64,000 nt of DNA from Bugula neritina (GCA_964035545.1 OZ037769.1:3825929-3889928); one strand, 5' to 3'; shown: positions 1 to 12,070, counted from the stretch's first letter. The notes: generated by a model from the letters alone, not told the origin. Translations and numbers: made by a program.

Positions 1-623
1 TTTAAACTCAATCTAGATACATCATTGACTAATTTGTATACCTAGGTATATAATTATTTGTGCTAGACAGTCAGAAAGACGGCTTATAACACAGCTATTG
101 CAGTAGCTACTGCAATAGCTTGATAAATACATAACACATTTTATATTATCTATATAACTCCCCTGGGTGTTATACTTATTTAGGTCTGTTAAGCTGTTAT
201 AATATAAGATGAGTTACATCATTTTATCATTTATTTTCATCATACAGTAATACGTCGCAGATTTAGGTTTATTAATTTTTTTGTATTTGTGTATAGACAT
301 TAAACAGCATATGTATTAAGAAAATTTCTCAACGGTACAATAGTTAAATGCAGCGCTGAATCATTTTATTAGATATATATAATGTTTCAAATATTAAAAA
401 TACGATCTAATGGTATTTAAAACTCTTGGTTATTCAATCTTACAAATAAAGCATAACATTACAACTGCAGCCTATCCAGAAAATATAAAGAAAATTGTAA
501 TATATTTTTTATGTTTCAGTTCAACGTAATTGAATAACTTTGGATAAAGTATAGTTGCTTATTATTGCAGCTTGCTTATGCAACATAAATCATTGAATAT
601 AATCATAAATTTCCATTAATAAT

Positions 624-1720
624 CTAAGATTCATTGCATGAGCATTTGGGTACAACGTACACTGAATTAGCCCAAGAACCACCACACCTCTCTTCACTAT
701 TACCGTTGCATGACCTATTGCAACTTGTTTCATCAAGCCTTCCATATCTACCATATCGGTTTCCACAAAAGCAATACCTAGACCATTGCATACCTGCATA
801 GTCATAGCCTACAAAATTAAATTAGAATTGTCCCTATAATAACCTAGCTTCAGATCTGACAATTTAAAGTGTTTATGAAATCATTTTTTCTTCATAATAT
901 AGTATAAGTAAGCCAGATATTATCTCTCCGTTGTACTATGAACAGTATTAGGCACTAGAAACTAACATTAGTGATCATACTTTAAGAGTGAGAACAGTCA
1001 CACTATATAAAAGCTTTTGTACCTTGTTCTTGACAGTGGCTAATACATTTCCTTACAGAGTTGTCTTCAAAGTCAGTTTTATAAGGTAAATCCCTGTTGC
1101 CTTCATCTCTATAACACCCTCTGTATCCAATCACTATAATTTACATTAGAAATTTCAATAGCAAAAACAACTTTTACTAATGATTAGTTACAATATCTCA
1201 TTGATTCTGGAAATGTGCTTTATGTAGTCTAAGAATGTGATGACAATTTTTTATTAAATCAGGAGTTGTCTTGACACATTTCTATGCAACAATTTATCAA
1301 ATCTGAAATATTGTCAAACAATTCTAAGCATTTTAGTTGCAATTCCCACTCTAAAATACTTATAATATAAAGTGCTGTTAATGAATTATCAATTAATCAA
1401 ATCTTCATCATAATCACTCATATAATTTAAATAAAAGATAAGCTTGTTGAACTAAGTTCACACATAATCAAAGCTGTAAGTTTGCAGCAGGAAATAATAT
1501 GTTGGAATAGACAAACTTACTATATAACAAAATATATAGCAAAACGACACAACTGTCCTATAAATAGGAATTGTTAATAAGTTAACTATCAAACACAACT
1601 TGTAAAAGCCCTCAAGAAAATAAATATATTTGAACATATATATATATATATACCTCGCTCAGTTTTCATGGAAGCAATGCAAGCAAGAATGCAAAGTGTT
1701 TGCAAATACAAGACCTTCAT
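624..1720 (-). CDS. Small secreted single WSC-domain protein, ~120 aa, 3 exons (1720-1654, 1133-1023, 808-624)
   Basis: Manual splicing with GT-AG boundaries, phase 1 at both introns: MKVLYLQTLCILACIASMKTER|VIGYRGCYRDEGNRDLPYKTDFEDNSVRKCISHCQEQ|GYDYAGMQWSRYCFCGNRYGRYGRLDETSCNRSCNGNSEERCGGSWANSVYVVPKCSCNES*. Hydrophobic N-terminus plus WSC signature (YxGCY...C...C...YAG...CFCG...C...C...CGG...SVY). Exons total 363 nt, in frame. Confidence 0.9.
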
Positions 1721-2678
1721 TTCAGGTAAAAAGCCTTACTTCTGTGTGTTAGCAGCTTATTCCAACAGGAGAGCTTCATTCAGTGTCATGTTTATAAAAA
1801 AAGTTGCTTGAACAAAAAGGCTATAGCTAAATTAAATCATGAATAATTAGCAAGTATCTTTTATTTCTGTTCCTAAGTTGATTAGATTTTAAAGGCATGT
1901 AAAACAGATAGGTGGGGCTATTGAGTGAAAATGTATAATAAACTGCGCTAACAAAGGTGGGTATTTATTCATGACTTTAGAGAGTCCCAAAGCATACTCT
2001 TTCGGTCTACTGGTTATTATGCAAAAGCCTAACGCTAAATTATGTATGTTGAATCAAACTGCAAATTTCAAATACTTACTAAATAAAAACTATACATATA
2101 TTTATGAATTTTGCAGATAATAGCTAGGTGACTGTGCTGTATTTCTAAGGGTTTTCCCTCAAAATACTTTACATATAATATAAGTACATTTGAGCATTCT
2201 GATATAAATTCATAAATTCTAATTCAGATATAGGCACACTTATTCTACTATTCACTTACTACCGACGCATGTTAGAGAGATGCGAAGGTTAAATAATTTG
2301 GTTCATTATTTATAAAATTATGCTGCAGTGCAGCATGCTTTGCACGCGAATTCACGCGTTAACAAAATATGATCGCCTTGTAGAAAAGCGGAACTTCAGT
2401 GTACGTGTTTCCCAATACTTAGCGCATTTTCTCAGAAAATTAAATAGTTTTGTTACGATTAAACATATTCGTCCCGTTAACACAGCTGCTCCAAGTTTAT
2501 TTAACACATCGCTTCCATTATAAAATTTCTCGCTCTGTTTATTCAAAATCAGTAGTGAAACTCAAATTAAAATTTCATAACGATAAGAATTTGTGTTAAT
2601 ATTGAAAATATTATTGTGATTAGCTGGTATTTGTTTAATTGTATTTTTGTATTAAAGTGTGCTGTCAAAAATTGCGTT

Positions 2679-5600
2679 ATGATAGAAGGGTTTAGTCCAT
2701 TTTTACAGGCTACGTTAGGTACGTTGCTTACTTGGGGACTTACTGCTTTAGGTGCTGCCTTGGTGTTTGTTTTTCACAGTGGGAATGTGAGTAACATTTT
2801 GACTAAAAAGTATAAAGATAAAATTTGGTATGACTTCTAGTGTTGAGTATTAATAATGATACCAGTATCATCGTAGGCGTATCAGTGTGATCATGTTGAT
2901 TGCCTCATGGCTCATACTCATACTCATAGTTATAGTATTACTCTATTAGTATTAGTATTACTATTACTATTACTATTACTATTAGTAATACTGTATTACT
3001 CTATTAGTATTTGGTATTAAGCATTTAGTAATATTTATTAAATTATAATATTAGGCTAATATAGTCATAATCAATATTATAGTCATAGTGATCGAGATAG
3101 GGAAAGCTCTTTTTTAGCTTCTTTTAGGAGTATCAGTGTTACCTTTTAGAATTAGTGCTAGTGTTAGCATGACTGACAGCTCAACTTGACTGAAATACAG
3201 CCCGTGGATAGTCATACTATACTTAAAGTAGTTGGTGTAACTATAAGTATTACTCTTAGTGAATGTTAACTACAAATGCTCAGTAATAACTTATTCGAAT
3301 AACATTATTTTTAACTCTCATACTAATAAGAAATGTATTTTCTTTGTTATCATAATAACTAAAACAAATTGGATGTGAATATAACTAACATTCGATTAGT
3401 ATGTTTGCTTTAAATTTAATGTAATAAAGGCACTTTTAACAGATATATAATAATATTTATTATTATTAGATTAGCTTTGTTAGTTTAATGCAGCTACAAA
3501 TGAATTTTAGTAGCAAGCAACTTCATCTCAGTCTTAATGTGCAAATAATGCTACTTATACAATTTAGTTTGGCTAATTATCTTGATATAGTTTAATATTA
3601 CATGTTAAAATTAGCAAAATTATTTTTATAAACAAAAATAAAAATATGATAGTATTAATGTTTTATATTTAAGTCGTAATTTTATTATCATGCAGTTTCC
3701 AACTTGTTATATTAAACATATAAAAGCAGTGTTATTTTAGTATATACTACTATCACCTCTTTGTTTACTTGCCTGGTTATAGTAATAACATTATTCCAGT
3801 ACATTGGAACTACTAATATTTTGTCTCGGTGATTTGAACAATAAACCTTTCTACTTTTGATTTCACTTTGTTTAAATTCATTTTATTTGTAAATTTAAAA
3901 AAATTAAATTCACATCAAGTTCAACTTTAAAAGTTGAAATTTTATTTTGCTACTTACCAAGCTTTAGGTTTAATGTAGTAGGCAACAACGTAGAAATAGT
4001 TTTTGCTTAACTTAGTTTGTTATTACCATTGTATTTCAAATATACTTGTATCCTTTACTTGTTTAAATCCAGTCGCTTAAATACATTATTTTCAATGTAA
4101 TTGGTAATTATGGTTATTTTTCTGTTTTTGTACAGCGAAAGGTACTCGATGGAAGTTTGGGGTTTGCTGCCGGGGTGAGTATGAATCTAGTGGTGATTGG
4201 GGAGCTGTCATTTCATCAAAATATTCCGAAATCTGCACGAAATAAACATAAATCAAAAAGAATAGCTGTAACATGTGATGCATTTGTGCATTGCAAAATA
4301 TTTAACAACTGTTTTCCTTAAATATCCTTTACTGGTAATGTTACACCTGTGATTATTCATCAGTATTATAAGTAGCACAGATACTTTCAAAAAATTATGC
4401 TGCATTCTTTTCACGAAGGTTATGACGGCAGCATCTTACTGGTCGCTGTTGGGCCCAGCTATAGAGATGGCAGAGGTGTCCCAGGTGTATGGTGAAGAGG
4501 GTCAGTGGGCTTTCATACCTGTAGCCTTTGGTTTCCTTCTCGGCGCTCTTTTTGTGTGGGCAGCCGATCATCTGCTGCCTCACTTGGTTTGTTTTCTCCT
4601 TGCTATGTCAAGGTCATTACCATAAATAGCTTTATGCTGTCATTGTTTCTATTCCTTATTAGTTATGATGTAAAATATACACTTGATCATCACTTTTGAT
4701 ATAATGAAATGATATTAAAAGCGATTATAAAGCATGTATTATGCATTATATTATACATTATATTATACATATATTATACATTATTTCTATTCCTTATTAG
4801 TTATGATGTATATATGCTTTATAATCAGTTTTGATATCATAAAATGTGAAAAACCTGTAACGTTTTAAATTTTTTAGAAATAACTGACTTCCAAAATACT
4901 TATACATGTTTGTAAATAAATGTGAGACTCTTACATAGATGTTGTCAGTTATTCTCTTAATTTCACTCGTGATGACAAAGTATAGTTACCTCTTGTATAT
5001 GATATACTAGAAATTAGTTGTCGTATAGGGTGATCCTGCTATATCATTAGCGATGCAGTCCAAACCTCTTGAAAATGAAGATGACCTTCAAACAGGAAGT
5101 AAAGTTGATGTCGTCATTCCATCAGTTTCTAGTGGAGAAGGTAAAAAGAGAGTAGGACTTTGTTTTATGCTTTGAAGTTTATTCTCATTTGATTTATACA
5201 AAGCAGTTTTTCAATTTAATTTTTTGTTAAAAGAGTTTAAATATGTGTTTAGTAATTTTATTTGCAAGTAAAATGTTACCTCTATTGGAAATTTTAAATG
5301 GCTTGCATACTGTGTTATACTCTACTATGTTATGCTCTACTGTGTTATACTCAACTGTGTTATACTCTACTCTGTTATACTCAACTCTGTTATACTCTAC
5401 TCTGTTATATTCTACTCTGTTATACTCTACTGTGTTATACTCTACTGTGTTATACTCAACTCTGTTATGCTCTACTCTGTTATACTCTACTCTGTTATAC
5501 TCTACTGTGTTATACTCTACTGTGTTATACTCTACTGTGTTATAATCTACTCTGTTATACTCTACTCTGTTATACTCTACTGTGTTATACTCTACTGTGT

Positions 5601-8600
5601 TATAATCTACTCTGTTATACTCTACTGTGTTATAATCTACTCTGTTATACTCTACTCTGTTATACTCTACTGTGTTATACTCTACTCTGTTATAATCTAC
5701 TCTGTTATAATCTACTCTGTTATACTCTACTCTGTTATACTCTACTGTGTTATACTCAACTCTGTTATAATCTACTCTGTTATACTCTACTATGTTATAC
5801 TCTACTGTGTTATGCTCTACTGTGTTATACTCAACTGTGTTATACTCTACTCTGTTATACTCTACTGTGTTATACTCTACTGTGTTATACTCTACTCTGT
5901 TATACTCTACTGTGTTATACTCTACTCTGTTGCACTCAACTACTTTCACGCCCAGGAAACCCGCAGCTGACCAGAAGGCTGCGCAAAGGTTCCACCACAT
6001 CTGACACTGAGAGTGAGGCCGGCCATGTAACCCCCGAGTATGAGGACGAAGTGAGGAAACGGCATCAGGCTAGCTGGCAAAGAATCCTCCTACTTATAAT
6101 AGCCATCACAGTACACAATATACCAGGTGAGTACAATATACCAGGTGAGTAGAATATACCAGGTGAGTACAATATACCAGGTGAGTAGAGTATACCAGGT
6201 GAGTAGAATATACCAGGTGAGTAGAATATACCAGGTGAGTAGAATATACCAGGTGAGTACAATATACCAGGTGAGTACAATATACCAGGTGAGTACAATA
6301 TACCAGGTGAGTATAATATACCAGGTGAGTAGAATATACCAGGTGAGTAGAATATACCAGGTGAGTACAATATACCAGGTGAGTAGAGTATACCAGGTGA
6401 GTACAATATACCAGGTGAGTACAATATACCAGGTGAGTAGAATATACCAGGTGAATACAATATACCAGGTGAGTGAAATATACCAGGTGAGTAGAATATA
6501 CCAGGTGAGTAGAATATACCAGGTGAGTAGAATATACCAGGTGAGTACAATATACCAGGTGAGTACAATATACCAGGTGAGTAGAATATACCAGGTGAGT
6601 ACAATATACCAGGTGAGTATAATATACCAGGTGAGCATAATATACCAGGTGAGCACAATATACCAGGTGAGTAGAATATACCAGGTGAGTAGAGTATACC
6701 AGGTGAGTAGAATATACCAGGTGAGTAGAATATACCAGGTGAGTAGAGTATACCAGGTGAGTAGAATATACCAGGTGAGTAGAATATACCAGGTGAGTAG
6801 AATATACCAGGTGAATACAATATACCAGGTGAGTGAAATATACCAGGTGAGTAGAATATACCAGGTGAGTAGAATGTACCAGGTGAGTATAATATACCAG
6901 GTGAGTAGAATATACCAGGTGAGTAGAATATACCAGGTGAGTAGAATATACCAGGTGAGTAGAATATACCAGGTGAGTGGAATATACCAGGTGAGTAGAG
7001 TATACCAGGTGAGTAGAATATACCAGGTGAGCATAATATACCAGGTGAGTGGAATATACCAGGTGAGTGTGAGGCAGCTAAACAAATCATATGATGTATA
7101 AACTGAATAATTTGCTAGTTTCAGCTAAACCATCTTGTAAATAGACTACACAGTAAAGCTGAATATTAAAATATACTATTTTCTCACATATCACTCATTA
7201 ATACTAGGAATTGTCTCCTCTCACATCTGCATTGTTTAAGATGACAACTCCATAAAGTTTGTATTATGATTTGATTTTGCAGAGGGACTGGCTGTGGGTG
7301 TTGGATTCGGAGCTGTAGGGAAGAGTGCCTCTGCAACTTTTGCCAACGCGAGGTCAGTTCTTCCTCCATACTGTAGATCTCTGCTAGTTCTATCTCTAGT
7401 GCACCAAAACACATATCTATTTGTTAATATACTCGTCTTAGCTGATATCATGTGCGTCAGATGTGTGGTGGTTGATATGTTCAAGTCTTAAATTTAAAAG
7501 CATCTCGCGAAATTCAAGTTGGCGGAACAGCAATTCCTAAAATAAGCTGCGAAAGTGTAACATCAGTATTCTATAATATTGATGTTTGCCTACTTTGCGA
7601 TTTGTGAAACTTCATTGGGGACACAACTTCTACTTGCTCAAAGTTTAGTTCATTGTAGTGGTGTAAGTTACATAGTACACTATTGCAATACTGACCGTGT
7701 CCGGTGTGTAATGAAGTTATTCTTTTGATATTGAAGGAATCTGGCTCTAGGAATTGGTATACAGAACTTTCCAGAAGGTCTGGCAGTTAGTCTTCCCCTT
7801 AGAGCCGCTGGATTCTCTCCATTAAAGAGTTTCTGGTGAGTTTCTAAAGCAGTATTTCCTGTTGCATGATCACTATTTCTTCTGCATATTACTATTTATC
7901 TGCATATCACTATTTTATCTGCATATTACTATTTATCTGCATATTACTATGTTATCTGATTGTCACTATTTATCTGCATATCACTATTTTATTTGCATAT
8001 CACTACTTATCTGCATATCACTATTTTATCTGCATATTACTATTTGTACAAAACTGAAATATGACTATTCATAGGTGCAATATTAGCATATAACTCTATT
8101 TTTGAATCAAGTAACGCATTAACTGAGCTGGTGTCCTTAACTAATGATGGAGTTTGGTAGGCGAAGCGAAATATAGACATTTGGGTTTCTCAATTTCCTT
8201 GTTCTGTGCAATCCATGCTAACTCATGGTTAACCTGACCGCTGCGAAATACAGCATCGTCCTGTTGAGGCATTATTCTCTATCTCAATGGTCTTAGCAAG
8301 ACAGGAACGTAAATACTGTAGCTAAAATGGAGTTGTGGGCACGTGAAAGTTAGACTGATTTCGGATTTATCTGTTTTTTTCACTCGTTTGAGCAAGGCAA
8401 GACTAATAGTCTAGGGGTCAGAGCATTTGCTTAGTAAGCACAGAGACATGGGTTCGAACCCCAGTAAACGCCATTGGAGATGTTAGGAAGAGCATCCAGT
8501 CATAATTGTTCCTGTGCCACATATGAATAAGTCCTTAGCCAGCGTAATAAAACCCTTTCCAACAGAGGTTCTCACAGGGATAGTGACTATAAACTTGTGT

Positions 8601-11600
8601 GAGTATATAATAGTATAAACTTTCATAACAAGAACACGATGAGTTGTTTCTACTTGATGAGTATCTGTCTACCAGTAGATTTGACATTTCATAATCTCCA
8701 TCTTACAGTCACATGCAATTCAAGTTATGTAATGCTGACTATATTGTTTCAAGTGTAGGTTTGCAGCACGATCTACTTCAGTTAATCGTGCCTATCTCTA
8801 AAAAACTAATCTATCAATACTGAAATAACTGTAGCAGAATATTTATGTGTTTACTGTTTTGGCAACTGGACAAATAGCCGAATTATCTAACAACTCAGGA
8901 TTTCAATCTATGCATTGGATGACATGTTATTTGAATATTTGAGATTTTTCTACCATGATGGATTGTATCTGACGCTGGTGCAATCTTATTTATGCTGAAT
9001 ACTGGTTGTGTTATGGTGTCCTAAGTATATACACAGTATTCCAACTATGTACTCTCTCATCTCAACTATTTACTGTTCATCACTTCTCTCTCATACAATG
9101 CCTTGCTTTCCTAGTCCTGTGTCATCAGACATTGGCTATTGTTTGAAGAATTTAATGGTATGTTTTTGTGTGCCAGTGCAATTCCTAGACTATTGGTCAC
9201 TAGCTCATGTTTTGGTATACAGATAATTAACTGTCAAAACAGAGTGAGGATTAAATGTATTCTAAGTTTGTAGAATGTATAAACAAGTTTAATGGAATTG
9301 TGTAAACGAATCTGTCTATGGATAGTGACCATGTGGAACATTGCATTTACTGGAACCATTTTTTCACTTTCTCCTTTTGCTGGATTAGATAAAATATCTC
9401 CATTCTTTTATTAACTCAAATTAGACAAGTTATTGTGCAGATACCAATACAGAGGTATATGGCAATTTATTTTCCTAGTGTATAAATAGAAATCTTAAAT
9501 ACTATTCAGCCCATCATTTGCTATTTTTTGCTAATAATATATCAATTCATACCCATACAGTGTTTATCAAGTATAAATAAAGCAATTTAAAAAATATGCT
9601 ATGAATATATAATTTTAATATAATTCTATTTGAAATATCTTTTAGTTCTGCTTAAGGGATTTGTTGTTTATATTCTCCAATTCTGTTATAAACTTGAAGT
9701 CTGTTTGTGAAATAATAATTTTTGTCATTTCAGATTCGTGTAAAAATATTTCGGCAGCTAAACTTTAGTAAATGTACGAATTCTGTAGACTATATATAGT
9801 ACCCACAGAATTCTTAGTACTTCTGTACGAAAAGTTGTCAACTATTGTTTAGACATTTCACATCACAGATTTTCAACTTACTCTCAACTCCTACATGCTG
9901 ATCATTGCTTTTATATGACATTGTCGCTATTTATGGGAACAGAAAGCCAAATTTTAGTAACTCAGAGATTTGACTATTTTTAGGGCAGAAAGTTGAAATA
10001 TTTGGTTAAAAGTATTTTGGCTATTTTGTGTATTCATATTTACATTAAATATTTAAGCATGGATGAGTAATTGTTAAAACCAGTTGACAGAAAAGTCACA
10101 TGAAAGAATGAAAGGTGACTGAATGGTTTACCTGAGTGATTTACCTGAGCAGTTCACCTGGTAAACATACATTTATGACCTTCCCTTCATCATTGTTCTG
10201 TAGCAGTATAATATAAAACCTCGCTATTATAGTTATATATAAAACTCCTTTAAACACCAATAAATAGGCATCACCTGTAAATGGTGAACAGTTATGGTAT
10301 TACAGAGTCAATACTAACAACCACAGTATCAACTGTAACAATTCTGACAGAAAGAAAATTGTAATTCAAATTGATGATGTTTTAGTATTACTGGTAGTGA
10401 CAGTGGTAGTGACAGCAGTAAAGGAGTAATATCAATAGTAGCAGTATTACTACCATTAGTGGTAGTAGTAATATAGTAGTAGTAGTGGTAGTTTGATATG
10501 ATATCAATATTGTATTGTAGGTATGGTCAGCTCAGCGGTATGGTAGAACCTATAGCTGGTATTCTGGGCTGTCTAGCCGTCTCATTGGCTGAACCTCTGC
10601 TGCCATATGCCTTATCTTTTGCTGCCGGTGCTATGATATTCGTTGTTGTTGATGACGTAATACCTGAAGCTCAGACATGGTTTGTACTCTATTTATCAAT
10701 TTGTACCACGTGTTGCGGGAGTTATCTCCCTTACTTTATCTCCGCTTGATTTAGATTCTAGAACCTTTTCAAACCGAGGGCCACTATAAATGAATATTTT
10801 ATAGCGAGTGCCACTTTGTAAAATTTAGCTTGAGCTGGGGGTCACAGCATCAGTATTTTTTGAATAAATTTATTTCAAATTCTTATGAATCATTACACAA
10901 TTAAGTCCCAATAATTATTGCAGACTGCATGTTTTGTAGCATGTGTAGGTAAATAAGACATTTAAAAGGTGGTTTTTTGCTCTAATTCATATATGTGTGC
11001 AAAATTCATTCTATCTGAGACGCCTTTGAGGGCCACATAAATTTAGGCTGGACCCACATCCGGCACTGGGACCCACATCCGGCACTGGGACCCACATCCG
11101 GCACTGGGACCACCTGTTGGACAACCCTGATCTAGATCTATTAGTAGCATAGAATCAGATTGCATTGTTGGTCCTTAAATTTGTACACAACACCTACAGA
11201 TTACATTGTTCTTCTGACGTACCTCCATTTTGTTCAATGTGGCTTATATTACCTGTTCACCAACTTTAAATAAGACACCAGCCCAAATAACTTATAATAT
11301 TGTGAATTGATGCTTAGCTAATTATTTGATAGCAAATCTTAGAGAGAGGATGTTTCATTGGCCATGTAGATTGTTTTGGAAATGAACATACTCAATTCTT
11401 TTTATAATTCTCACTAGCTCCTTTCAGTTTTATTCTAGATATTTCCCTGAACTAGTTGTAGGCAGTTAGTTGATGGTTTTAACATTCTTATCAAAGCTAT
11501 TGAAAGCATTTTTTACTTCAACATGTAAACTACAGGCTATTTTTGGAAGTAGTGATGAGATAAAACAATAATGTCAATGCTCAATCAATTGGCACATTTT

Positions 11601-12070
11601 CCATTGACTGATTTTGTCTGTCATTATTCAGCCATCATTTTGACTTTCAGGTCAATATATGTGTTCTTTGCTGACTATCCTATATCCACTGTAACTATTC
11701 ACTACCTTATACTAACTAACTACTAACTCTTGTACTAGCTGTAACTACTAACTACCTTATACTAACTAACTACTAACTCTTGTACTAGCTGTAACTACTA
11801 ACTACCTTGTACTGACTGTAACTACTAACTACCTTGTACTCACTGTAACTACTAACTACCTTATGCTAGCTGTAACTATTGACTACCTTGTACTCACTGT
11901 AACCATTGACTACCTTGTACTCACTCTAACTACTAACTACTAACTACCTTATGTTAACTGTGACTGCTGACCCACATATTTTCTGTTGTAGTGGGAATGG
12001 AAGGATAGCTAGTGCTGGATGTATTGTCGGATTTCTCGTGATGATGGCACTAGATGTGGGACTTGGCTAA
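2679..12070 (+). CDS. SLC39A11: ZIP-family zinc transporter ZIP11 (GufA subfamily), ~334 aa, 9 exons: 2679-2786, 4136-4174, 4419-4586, 5029-5140, 5956-6126, 7283-7352, 7737-7835, 10521-10679, 11992-12070
   Basis: All boundaries GT-AG with consistent phases (1005 nt). Motifs [116 protein letters not shown] and C-terminal MMALDVGLG* are characteristic of ZIP11. Confidence 0.96.
5308..5943. repeat. 15-bp minisatellite (TATACTCTACT[C/G]TGT)n, ~42 units, in ZIP11 intron 4, abutting the exon 5 acceptor
   Basis: Directly visible 15-nt period; no AG dinucleotide on the sense strand until the acceptor at 5954-5955. Confidence 0.97.
6115..7068 (+). repeat. 18-bp minisatellite (ACAATATACCAG|GTGAGT and variants), 53 copies of the ZIP11 exon 5 donor site
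   Basis: First GT at 6127, last at 7063; 936/18 = 52 intervals, so the register is exact. The unit is the last 12 exonic nt plus the first 6 intronic nt. Confidence 0.98.
7862..8045. repeat. Degenerate ~19-20 bp tandem repeat (GCATATCACTATTTTATCT) just inside ZIP11 intron 7
   Basis: About 9 imperfect units starting ~25 nt after the donor at 7836. Confidence 0.85.
8390..8605 (+). mobile_element. tRNA-derived SINE copy (window family A)
   Basis: A-box-like TAGTCTAGGGGTCAG, B-box GGGTTCGAACCC, core TTAGGAAGAGCATCCAGTCATAATTG and 3' CAGGGATAGTGACTATAAACTTG, shared with copies at 20861, 23365, 56264, 56358, 56643 and 62741. Confidence 0.85.
10772..11129. mobile_element. Non-autonomous DNA-transposon-like element (hAT-like end ...GTTGGACAACCCTG) with an internal 3x19-bp tandem (GACCCACATCCGGCACTGG)
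   Basis: 10843-11129 aligns by eye along its length with 46890-47144 (CACAGCATCAGTATTTTT ... CTTTGAGGGCCACATAAAT ... CCTGTTGGACA.CCCTG). The CAGGG-type terminus is typical of hAT elements, but the superfamily call is inference. Confidence 0.65.
11690..11960 (+). repeat. Degenerate ~25/50-bp tandem repeat containing 10 perfect TACTAAC motifs, just upstream of the last ZIP11 exon
   Basis: TACTAAC at 11710, 11721, 11746, 11760, 11771, 11796, 11823, 11850, 11931 and 11938; acceptor at 11990-11991. Confidence 0.9.

Noticed and set aside
590-805. 71-aa minus-strand ORF from the track
   Set aside because: Wrong frame; the same DNA encodes WSC exon 3 in another frame.
6115-7068. CRISPR-like regular repeat
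   Set aside because: Units are contiguous with no unique spacers, there are no cas genes, and the context is a eukaryotic intron.
5227-7101. Long ORFs with VEYNR, YTLLC, YSPGI, LTWYI or VSRIYQ repeats
   Set aside because: Translations of the 15- and 18-bp intronic satellites, open in several frames on both strands; only 5956-6126 is a real exon.
8405-8470. tRNA gene (A and B boxes); likewise near 56645 and 62880-62947
   Set aside because: No complete cloverleaf or acceptor stem, and each continues into the shared SINE body.
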